Virus record (IMG/VR): IMGVR_UViG_3300027418_000012
Location: 1 to 54,995 of that record
Direction: 5' to 3' (one strand)
DNA: 54,995 nucleotides
Source of the DNA: a virus
Lineage: Duplodnaviria > Caudoviricetes
The translations under genes were made by a program, and so were the position numbers. Of this stretch, positions 1 to 7,010 are shown piece after piece. The notes beneath the pieces were generated by a model. That model did not search any database. It saw only the letters and a program-made list of their open reading frames with translations, and was not told the DNA's origin. Every line of letters begins with the position of its first letter. Position 1 is the first letter of the stretch.

Positions 1-34
1 TGCCTACCCAATCAGACTACCCCACCATAATTAT

Positions 35-53
35 TGACGGGGCTACCCCGTCA
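35..53. promoter_or_regulatory. Perfect GC-rich hairpin TGACGGGG-CTA-CCCCGTCA upstream of first ORF
   Basis: 8-bp perfect inverted repeat with 3-nt loop, 22 nt before ATG at 76. Function is inferred only. Confidence 0.4.
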
Positions 54-75
54 TCACTCGTAAACTCGTTATATT

Positions 76-390
76 ATGGCACAATTATCAATTGCAATGC
101 TTACAGAGCAAGCATTGGGTCAGTTAGACAAACTGACTTTCAACCTTGCCAACGCTGAATGCAGAGCATCAGCTAATGGCAATGTAGGTTTTAAAGTTAA
201 AACCGACCAAGGGAAGGTTATCACCTTCTGGACTTCTACGGCTGACGCAACCGTAAAAGCCCTTGATGACGCTGGAAACTTCCAGGTCATTCCAGGCACC
301 GGTTTGGCGGAAGAGAAACTTCCTGACGGTACCACTGCTTACGGGTTGATTGATAAATCATCAACAGGCCGTAACAGTTTCTGGAAGTAA
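76..390 (+). CDS. Hypothetical phage protein (104 aa), probably early
   Basis: Clean ORF, AT-rich leader, followed by a strong terminator. Confidence 0.75.
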   Translation: MAQLSIAMLTEQALGQLDKLTFNLANAECRASANGNVGFKVKTDQGKVITFWTSTADATVKALDDAGNFQVIPGTGLAEEKLPDGTTAYGLIDKSSTGRNSFWK

Positions 391-400
391 CCTTCCAGAT

Positions 401-432
401 GAGAGAAGACTATATGTCTTCTCTCTTTTTTT
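401..432 (+). terminator. Rho-independent terminator
   Basis: GAGAGAAGAC-TATAT-GTCTTCTCTC followed by T7. Confidence 0.85.
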
Positions 433-611
433 CTGTTACGTAACGTTTAACACGCAGTAGTTTGTAGACAATCTTATAGATTGCATAGTACTTTTCTCTC
501 ATAACTAATTGATTGTGAGAGAGTTAGTGTGTTACAGAAAGACAGGTGCGTATTTCTTAATGTATTTTCTATGCCATATATTCCAATTTTGCAGCGGATA
601 ATATGGCTATA

Positions 612-772
612 ACTAGCAGGTGTTAAGGCTAGTGCGTTCTATAAATACAGTTCTAATCTAAGTAAGACAGATAGACAAGCAAATGATATACCACATACAC
701 TGTGTTATATAGCTTGGAGTTCCTGATTGTACAAACGTAGATAGATTAGTATTGTATATATAGAGGTCACCT
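612..772 (+). ncRNA. Pistol-like self-cleaving ribozyme variant (no P1/AAA linker, extended P3)
   Basis: ACUAGC(612-617)/GCUAGU(628-633); P2 GGUG(619-622)/CACC(768-771); UUAAG(623-627); GCG(634-636); P3 UUCUAUA(637-643)/UAUAGAG(759-765); GU(766-767) at the cleavage position. Confidence 0.6.
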
Positions 773-786
773 AAAAATCTATTATT

Positions 787-978
787 ATGATTATTTTACT
801 TGGTTCTAATTACGACGGGGTTACAGACGTATACCATTTTTACTATCACAACAGTGAAACTAATTGGTATTATGAGATGGCCTGTAGAAACTCATTTGGT
901 ACAGCTGATATGAATTCACGTACTAAAGATATATCAATGGAAGAATTTAAACAACTAGCAGGTGATAGACTTGCTTAG
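787..978 (+). CDS. Hypothetical protein (63 aa)
   Basis: ORF with A-rich leader, directly downstream of the pistol-like element. Confidence 0.6.
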   Translation: MIILLGSNYDGVTDVYHFYYHNSETNWYYEMACRNSFGTADMNSRTKDISMEEFKQLAGDRLA

Positions 979-1099
979 TGTTTACATTTAGCTAAAGTAA
1001 AAACACTACACATCTACAGGGACTATCCTTGATTATCCCCTGGTGTAGACCTTTAAGCAGTAAATCAAGCTATGTTGCTTATTGGACTTTTTCTTATTA

Positions 1100-1163
1100 A
1101 CTCCTCTGAGGGAGTATAAACCGTGTTAGGCTCAGAGCGTCCGTAGTATATCTACGGGGTCAC
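1100..1163 (+). ncRNA. Pistol self-cleaving ribozyme
   Basis: P1 ACUCC(1100-1104)/GGAGU(1111-1115); 6-bp pseudoknot UCUGAG(1105-1110)/CUCAGA(1131-1136); UAAA linker; P2 GUG(1123-1125)/CAC(1161-1163); UUAGG; GCG(1137-1139); P3 UCCGUAG/CUACGGG; G1159-U1160 cleavage site. Matches the pistol consensus order element for element. Confidence 0.88.
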
Positions 1164-1178
1164 CAAAAATCATTAAAC

Positions 1179-1400
1179 ATGAAAAACATCATTAACTACG
1201 TTTGTAGCATCTCTGCCTCTCTGTTGATACTTATCTTCTTAGAAGGACTATTAACGAGAGGTATGGCCTTTAAATTTGAATTGTACGGTATTATAGCTTG
1301 GGTAGCCCAAGTAGTAATTACCATTTTCTTCATTTCTCTTGCTATTCTAATCACTCAATCTGATTTAGAAGACAAAAAACGCAAGACTAGATCATTTTAA
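1179..1400 (+). CDS. Small membrane protein, 2 predicted TM helices (73 aa)
   Basis: Two hydrophobic stretches and a basic C-terminus. Confidence 0.7.
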   Translation: MKNIINYVCSISASLLILIFLEGLLTRGMAFKFELYGIIAWVAQVVITIFFISLAILITQSDLEDKKRKTRSF

Positions 1401-1405
1401 ACACT

Positions 1406-1490
1406 TTCAGGGAGCTCACCAGTGAGCTATAATCATAGTATAGTTTAGTTTATTATACTATGACTAGGGGTCATACATGAGCTCCCTGAA
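1406..1490. ncRNA. Structured intergenic element closed by a 13-bp perfect inverted repeat
   Basis: TTCAGGGAGCTCA(1406-1418)/TGAGCTCCCTGAA(1478-1490); inner TCATAGTATA(1433-1442)/TATACTATGA(1454-1463). Confidence 0.5.
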
Positions 1491-1524
1491 TCTATTACAT
1501 CATCATTTAATCATAATTACACTT

Positions 1525-1950
1525 ATGAAACAAGTTATCACTAGGGATATGCTTCCAAAAATAAAAGCACCCAAATTTAAAGTGGCAGGGTTTATTCTCA
1601 ATGAGTATGAGTTAAGATGCCTAATGCTTGAAACAGCAAAAAACAACATTCAAAGCGGTATTTCCGTTATTGATATGCAAAGCAATCAAAAGGCTTTTAT
1701 ACAAAAAGACGGCAGTTTAACTCAATACATTGGAGAATCATTAAAAATTAATGGCAAATTAGGCTTAGAATTACTTCAACACAGAGTAAGTAAACTTAAC
1801 GAACTAGCACAAATGTTAGATATAAGTCCTATTGAACTCCTTAAAACAGTTAATAAACTGTCTACCGTTGTAAAGTTAGAAGGACTAGAAATGATTAGCA
1901 AGTCTGTAATGGAAACAGTAGCAATTAAAAATAAGAAAAACAAAATTTAA
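1525..1950 (+). CDS. Hypothetical protein
   Basis: ORF 1477..1950. ATG at 1525 preferred because 1477 lies inside the inverted repeat. Confidence 0.65.
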   Translation: MKQVITRDMLPKIKAPKFKVAGFILNEYELRCLMLETAKNNIQSGISVIDMQSNQKAFIQKDGSLTQYIGESLKINGKLGLELLQHRVSKLNELAQMLDISPIELLKTVNKLSTVVKLEGLEMISKSVMETVAIKNKKNKI

Positions 1951-1963
1951 ATCATTTTACACC

Positions 1964-2113
1964 ATGATACGCAAAAAAAACTTAGTCTTCAGGACTTACA
2001 ACCAATTCACAGAATGGTACTTAAAAATGTCTAGAAAGTTCATTAAACTTAAACTTATATACTTAAAACTATTTAGATCAAGTACTTATATAGCTGTTAC
2101 TATCAGCTATTAA
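1964..2113 (+). CDS. Small basic hypothetical protein (49 aa), not in ORF track
   Basis: ATG 1964 to TAA 2113 (MIRKKNLVFRTYNQF...), AT-rich leader. Confidence 0.4.
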   Translation: MIRKKNLVFRTYNQFTEWYLKMSRKFIKLKLIYLKLFRSSTYIAVTISY

Positions 2114-2159
2114 TATATTCTGTAATTGTAATTAAACATTAGTTTCCCCCAAACTAAGT

Positions 2160-2405
2160 AATGACTATGAGCCATTCCCACGCCAAAAGATCACATATTG
2201 TGACTGATAGTAACATCAGATAGGAGTGTAGGGTGTTGCAGGGCTCTGGTCATTTATTAAAGTGCACAATAGATATAACAGTATGGGAATCCATCCCTAC
2301 TAACACAGCTAGCGGACTGTTATACTATGTGCATAATCCATCTATTCCATAAAAACATTATGTAGATGGTGACCCGGAGACTGAAATATGTCAATGGGTG
2401 CCATT
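2160..2405 (+). ncRNA. Cluster of three consecutive structured RNA elements
   Basis: AATGAC/GTCATT plus GAGCC/GGCTC multi-stem (2160-2254); TGCAC-ATAG-TATAACAGT/ACTGTTATA-CTAT-GTGCA (2263-2333); hairpins in 2338-2405. Confidence 0.5.
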
Positions 2406-2447
2406 TATTAAAACCCTTTCATTTTATCACCAATCAATTCATAAAAC

Positions 2448-3032
2448 ATGAAAACTTTCTCAATTAGTGCTCCATGGGACACTAAATCAATTGTCGTTAG
2501 AGTAGAACTAGGTAAATACGCTAACGGTAGAACTAGAATCAATCTTATAGATGATTCTGACAACGAGCCATATTGTACGGCTACAACTAACCTTCCTGAT
2601 GTCTTATTACTAGACAATGAAGTCTTTATCAAAGACTATTCAGAGAACGAAGGCGTATTAGACTTCTTAACTACGAACAACATCGTAATTGCTACAAACA
2701 AATGGGCAACCAGTGGTTTTGTAGATGTACAGGTGTGCACTCTCAATCCTGAATCAGAATGGGGAATGATTCCTAATCTTTATTCAGATGAAGAACCAGA
2801 GTATGACAGTGCTGGCTTTTCTGTATCTGATAGAACTGTAAATCAAGAATTTACAGCTACATTAGAACAAGATGAGCAAAGATATGATGATAAGCATAAC
2901 ACAATGCCACCTCCACCACTTGAAATAGATATGGTGACAGGTAAATGCATGTGGCTTATCAAAGATTATAAAATATGGGCTAATACATATGAAGAAGCTG
3001 TAAAGCATCTTGATGTGATTGAATCATTTTAA
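2448..3032 (+). CDS. Hypothetical phage protein (acidic, 194 aa)
   Basis: Long ORF. The N-terminal PYCTATTNL...VFIKDYSENEG segment resembles widespread phage hypotheticals (DUF4313-like, from memory). Confidence 0.75.
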   Translation: MKTFSISAPWDTKSIVVRVELGKYANGRTRINLIDDSDNEPYCTATTNLPDVLLLDNEVFIKDYSENEGVLDFLTTNNIVIATNKWATSGFVDVQVCTLNPESEWGMIPNLYSDEEPEYDSAGFSVSDRTVNQEFTATLEQDEQRYDDKHNTMPPPPLEIDMVTGKCMWLIKDYKIWANTYEEAVKHLDVIESF

Positions 3033-3041
3033 ATCATTAAC

Positions 3042-3269
3042 ATGAAAAAAGCATTAGAAGTATTATTTGGTATTAGAGAGCCTAAAAAGCTCTCTAAACC
3101 AATTGAACTATCATTTTCTACATTAATTCCTATTAGTAGGCCAGGTATGGGAGAATGGTTCAAAAGATATAACGTGGGCATATTGTCTGATAGACAATCA
3201 ACTAATGTCCAAATTAGAATGGGTAACATCATTAAGTATGTTGATCTACATTCTATAAGAAATTTTTAA
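3042..3269 (+). CDS. Hypothetical protein (75 aa)
   Basis: Co-oriented ORF with typical leader. Confidence 0.65.
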   Translation: MKKALEVLFGIREPKKLSKPIELSFSTLIPISRPGMGEWFKRYNVGILSDRQSTNVQIRMGNIIKYVDLHSIRNF

Positions 3270-3308
3270 TAGGACTTGGACCGGTTCTACTTCACTGAAC
3301 TAGCAGTT

Positions 3309-3343
3309 TGCAGGCTAATCTTTAAAACCTGCAATTTTTATTT
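3309..3343 (+). terminator. Possible terminator hairpin
   Basis: TTGCAGG...CCTGCAA followed by TTTTTATTT. Confidence 0.5.
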
Positions 3344-3381
3344 TAGGTAACAATAATTAATTAATTCATAATCAATCATTT

Positions 3382-4146
3382 ATGAAAAAGCAATCAGATG
3401 CTTCAATTCTAAAGACAATAATGCCTTTAGAAATCTTACGTAAAGACTCCAATAAGAGTCTTGGTATTTTAAACATGGTCAATAGACCAATTGTACCCTC
3501 ACATGTCACCTCTGTAGCTACATCAATTGAGAAAATAGGTCTTATACGACCTGTTGTTGTAGCTAATCTAGACTTAAAAGAGTTTAAAGGAGAATATATT
3601 ATAGACGGACAGCATTTGTTTAATGCTTGTATGAGACTAAACAAACATGTTCCTTATGTAAAAATAGACATAAACTCGGAAGAAGAACTAATAGACATAT
3701 TAGCCAGTCTTAACAATTCATCTAAAGCATGGACATTAAAAGACTATGTACAATCATGGGCATACATACGCTCAGATTTTAGAAAATTAGCTAAATATCG
3801 TCAAACATATGATTTAGAATTAGTAGCAATTGCAGGTATTCTGCATAAGTCTCCTAATATATTTCATTGTATGAACTTAATTAAGAAAGGTGAGCTGGTA
3901 ATTAAAAACGAAGCGGTAGCTGTCAAGGTGATGGAGTATACTAATGATCTATTAGGTGTATTCTACAAGTTTGATAGAAAAAACGCTAGAAAGTTAGTTA
4001 ATGCATATGTACAGTATGTAACAAACACTCATGATTCTTATAATCATAAAAAATTCTTAAATAACATTAACAAGCAGAAAAGTAAATTAGAACTGTTATT
4101 GGCTAATCCCGATGATGTAACTGATTTCTTTAATAAAATGTCTTAA
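3382..4146 (+). CDS. ParB/Sulfiredoxin-like N-terminal domain protein
   Basis: NRP...GLIRPVVV...YIIDGQH motif typical of ParB-like domains, followed by LNNSSKAW. Confidence 0.7.
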   Translation: MKKQSDASILKTIMPLEILRKDSNKSLGILNMVNRPIVPSHVTSVATSIEKIGLIRPVVVANLDLKEFKGEYIIDGQHLFNACMRLNKHVPYVKIDINSEEELIDILASLNNSSKAWTLKDYVQSWAYIRSDFRKLAKYRQTYDLELVAIAGILHKSPNIFHCMNLIKKGELVIKNEAVAVKVMEYTNDLLGVFYKFDRKNARKLVNAYVQYVTNTHDSYNHKKFLNNINKQKSKLELLLANPDDVTDFFNKMS

Positions 4147-4155
4147 TGTTATTAA

Positions 4156-4350
4156 ACTCGGTGAGACTAGCATGTGCTAGTATGGGTACTCTCTTACCCG
4201 AACCATAGATGCAAGACTGATCAACTATGAGATGCTGCAGATGAAAACTGGACGTTCTTAACTGAACTAGTAAGATGGCTGCCGTGATGGGGGCATACCA
4301 AAGAGACTACTGCATTAGCTAACGCTTCATAAGCCAGCACCGTTTTGAGT
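4156..4350 (+). ncRNA. Large multi-stem structured RNA (~195 nt) with possible pseudoknot
   Basis: Closing ACTC-GGTG/CACC-GAGT; hairpins ACTAGCA/TGCTAGT and GGGTA/TACCC; nested TATGA/TCATA, TGCAG/CTGCA, TCTTA/TAAGA, TGCC/GGCA; loop TCTCT(4190-4194) complementary to AGAGA(4302-4306). Confidence 0.55.
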
Positions 4351-4457
4351 AGTATTGACTGAACCTGACAGCACAGCTGTTCAGATGTAGGGAACTTCAA
4401 CACAATCAGTACGTTAAGCTGATTATTTTTATTAATCATTCATTAAATATAAAAACC

Positions 4458-4853
4458 ATGTCAAAAAAATTGACACCAACTATTGCCAAAGCATTGGCAG
4501 AGAAAGTACGAGCTGAACTAGTAGTTCGTCACAAAGGAAGCACTGAAACCATTACCAAAAAGGTTGAGTCTTCTAAACTCTATAAAGAGTTAATACTAAC
4601 CATCAAGAAAATTGATGAGCTTGACGAGAAAAAACAAGTTCTTAGAAAAGAAATAGAGGAGAATTTATCTACAAAAATGTATGATGTAGGTGTATCAGCT
4701 TATCACTCTACACCACATATATCTGTCAACTATCGTTCTGCATTCTCAGTGGAGAGTATTAAAGATATGATCTTGATAGAAGACTATATGTCTGAAGACG
4801 CAAAAACTCCAGAAGAGTTTGTCAAATTTATTGCTGATAAATTATCTAAATAG
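4458..4853 (+). CDS. Hypothetical protein (coiled-coil, 131 aa)
   Basis: ORF with A-rich leader. Confidence 0.75.
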   Translation: MSKKLTPTIAKALAEKVRAELVVRHKGSTETITKKVESSKLYKELILTIKKIDELDEKKQVLRKEIEENLSTKMYDVGVSAYHSTPHISVNYRSAFSVESIKDMILIEDYMSEDAKTPEEFVKFIADKLSK

Positions 4854-4860
4854 CAATTAT

Positions 4861-5037
4861 ATGACAATTGAACAACTGAATAGGCTGCTAAATGCAGCTT
4901 GTGAAATCATTACAGCATTAGAAGAGCATGCTGATGAATCATTAAAAGAAGATATTGATGCTTTCTTTAATGAAATTAAATATTCTGATGATATAAAAGA
5001 CGAAATTGATCATTATGAATTGGGTGGTGAAGCATAA
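4861..5037 (+). CDS. Small acidic hypothetical protein
   Basis: ATG at 4861 just after the previous stop. Confidence 0.6.
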   Translation: MTIEQLNRLLNAACEIITALEEHADESLKEDIDAFFNEIKYSDDIKDEIDHYELGGEA

Positions 5038-5068
5038 GTAATTAATAACAATTTAAAAACAATTTACC

Positions 5069-5416
5069 GTGAGTAAAAAATTAATCAAAGGTGTACAAAC
5101 AGCATTTGTTGCTGACATCAAAGCAGGAGTAAAAACAGAAGTATTAGTAAGTAAATATGGCTTTCCTAATAGAGGCAAGTTATATCAAACTATGTACTAT
5201 TTAAGAAAAACAGGTGTATTACCTAAAAGAAAGCATAAAACAGCTAAGAAAGTTGTTAAGCCTGTAATGACACAAACTAAAACTGTAGACAATACAGCGT
5301 CTATAAACAATTTTAGAACTGTGTTTTTCCAAGACTTTTCTGTGCAGATTCATAAGAAAGCTAATTCAAGAGTGGTATTGGATGAGAACAACAACGTCCA
5401 TATTTTAAACAACTAA
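5069..5416 (+). CDS. Basic hypothetical protein, possible HTH DNA-binding
   Basis: GTG start, helical N-terminal half, Lys-rich linker. Confidence 0.65.
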   Translation: MSKKLIKGVQTAFVADIKAGVKTEVLVSKYGFPNRGKLYQTMYYLRKTGVLPKRKHKTAKKVVKPVMTQTKTVDNTASINNFRTVFFQDFSVQIHKKANSRVVLDENNNVHILNN

Positions 5417-5427
5417 AAGTTAACCGT

Positions 5428-6030
5428 ATGTTATTTAAACAACGAGGATTTAACCACGAAGAAGAGATCTTTCATAGAGCTCTTAGCATAAGTGATGACG
5501 TTAAAAACATAGTAAGAGAGAAAATATTCTTCTCATGTTTTTGTAACGGATTACAAGCTATGGACTTGTTTGAAGACATAAATGACGCTCCAAGATCATT
5601 GTCTACAGTGACAGGTGATCTAGAAAAGTGTTTAGAAATGACTGATGGTCATGAAGAATATGAATATGCTTTACTGTGTTTCACTATGTATCAGAGACTT
5701 ACTAAACCTATTTTAGCAGATTATAAAATGCAGAATAGTACAGATCCTGAAGATAGAGAAGCTAGATTAAAACATAGAATTATAGAAGCTATTATGGAAT
5801 TAAAGCGTGAAGCTGATAGAGCTGAGTCTGATGAAGACAGTGATTATCCTGATGAAGAAAAGGGACCATTTGCTGTTAATCAAGAAAGAATGCTGACACG
5901 TTTAACATACATAAAAAAATCTAAGTATAACTTCAATACATATATGAATTTGATGAGAGGTGTTAAAAGCACTAAATCAGATTTTGATATAGATGGAATG
6001 TTAGGAAATATAATGAAAGGTGATGATTAG
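5428..6030 (+). CDS. Hypothetical protein (200 aa)
   Basis: Long ORF followed by terminator. Confidence 0.75.
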   Translation: MLFKQRGFNHEEEIFHRALSISDDVKNIVREKIFFSCFCNGLQAMDLFEDINDAPRSLSTVTGDLEKCLEMTDGHEEYEYALLCFTMYQRLTKPILADYKMQNSTDPEDREARLKHRIIEAIMELKREADRAESDEDSDYPDEEKGPFAVNQERMLTRLTYIKKSKYNFNTYMNLMRGVKSTKSDFDIDGMLGNIMKGDD

Positions 6031-6044
6031 TAAATAAGTAAAAG

Positions 6045-6071
6045 AGGGGGGCAGCAATGCCTCCTTTTTTT
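6045..6071 (+). terminator. Rho-independent terminator
   Basis: GGGGGGCA-GCAA-TGCCTCC followed by a T-run. Confidence 0.8.
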
Positions 6072-6073
6072 AT

Positions 6074-6081
6074 TACATTTG
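6074..6081 (+). promoter_or_regulatory. Bacteroidota sigma70 -7 element (TAnnTTTG)
   Basis: TACATTTG right after a terminator and 26 nt before ATG 6108. Confidence 0.6.
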
Positions 6082-6107
6082 CTTCCCTTCATTTACAAAA
6101 CACACAC

Positions 6108-6398
6108 ATGTCACAACTTATCAACTATAGATTAAAAAATGGCTTTGGACAAGTTAGTAACAATATCATGAGAGATCCTGAAGTTTCTTTGCAAGAAAAG
6201 GCAGTTTATTCTTATCTTTGTACTTACTCAGATGCCATTACTAATCAGACATATGTTGGTATAGCTAAAATGGCAGATGAATGTGGAGTGTCTCAATCAA
6301 CTATTAAAAGAATATTAAATAGTCTTGAGAGTAAAAGAATAATAGTAAGAGTAACTCGTGGTAGTGGATTAACATCGTTTACAAACATATTAAAATAA
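6108..6398 (+). CDS. Winged helix-turn-helix protein (HTH_36 / replication-initiator N-terminal-like)
   Basis: LSxxEKAVYSYL...IAKMADECGVSQSTIKRILNSLESKRII pattern. Start moved to ATG 6108. Confidence 0.75.
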   Translation: MSQLINYRLKNGFGQVSNNIMRDPEVSLQEKAVYSYLCTYSDAITNQTYVGIAKMADECGVSQSTIKRILNSLESKRIIVRVTRGSGLTSFTNILK

Positions 6399-6411
6399 AA
6401 GCTTTAATAGC

Positions 6412-7004
6412 AGCGGGCCAGGCTCAGATAAGCAGGTATTAGTACGCTATTTATATGTATAACTCCTGAGCCCCAGCTAACTTATAATTGTAATCACACT
6501 GAGCGTCTCCTCATTATAGCTGTGATGTATGTTGTTATTGAGTAATGACCAACAACAATTAAACTTATTAACTGATTATAGAAGACTCGTAAGACCCTGC
6601 GGGCTAGGTCAGCTATAATGGTTAAAAATAAAGATCTGATCCTAAGTGCCTATCATTAGTTCTTGTCTCGTTCGTCAAACAGTTCCGTCATTTAGTAGTA
6701 CGACATGTGTATTGAGCTCCGTCAAACGAAAGATGGTCATACCTAGTAGCATTACGTAATAGTACAAAAGTAGTCCTTGAGATAGATCTTTTTTAAAATA
6801 TTACCAAGTTGAAGTCAGTGGCAATAAAACCGGCCACGTGAACTGTCCTCTTAGTATTGCACTGTAGAGAGCCACGATAAAACCGGATACTTGGGAGCAG
6901 TTGATGAAATGCACGTCTGGAAGCTGTTAAACATAAGAACCTGAACAGATAAACCAGAATAATACATACAGTAAGAATTCCAGGTCTGACTGTAAAGTAA
7001 TCAA
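6412..7004 (+). ncRNA. Array of ~6 self-contained structured RNA domains upstream of tmRNA
   Basis: About 600 nt with no ORF. Consecutive closing stems at 6412-6478, 6486-6560, 6568-6625, 6630-6791, 6804-6894 and 6901-7004, mostly separated by short A/U-rich spacers. Confidence 0.6.
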
Positions 7005-7010
7005 TGATTT

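Noticed and set aside
720-746. Hammerhead-like CUGAUUG...GAUA inside the P3 insert
   Set aside because: Core deviates from CUGANGA/GAAA and no stems I/III could be assigned.
765-1164. GGTCACC repeated upstream of two start codons as a promoter or RBS motif
   Set aside because: Better explained as the P3 end, GU cleavage site and P2' strand of the two pistol elements.
4290-4350. Group I intron (GAGACTAC resembles the P7/R element)
   Set aside because: No matching S element or P7 partner, and no interrupted gene.
6400-6445. Twister ribozyme (UUUAAUAGCAGC...GCAGG)
   Set aside because: Lacks the conserved GU..CAAGCC loop and pseudoknot partners. GGCTCAG pairs better with CTGAGCC downstream.
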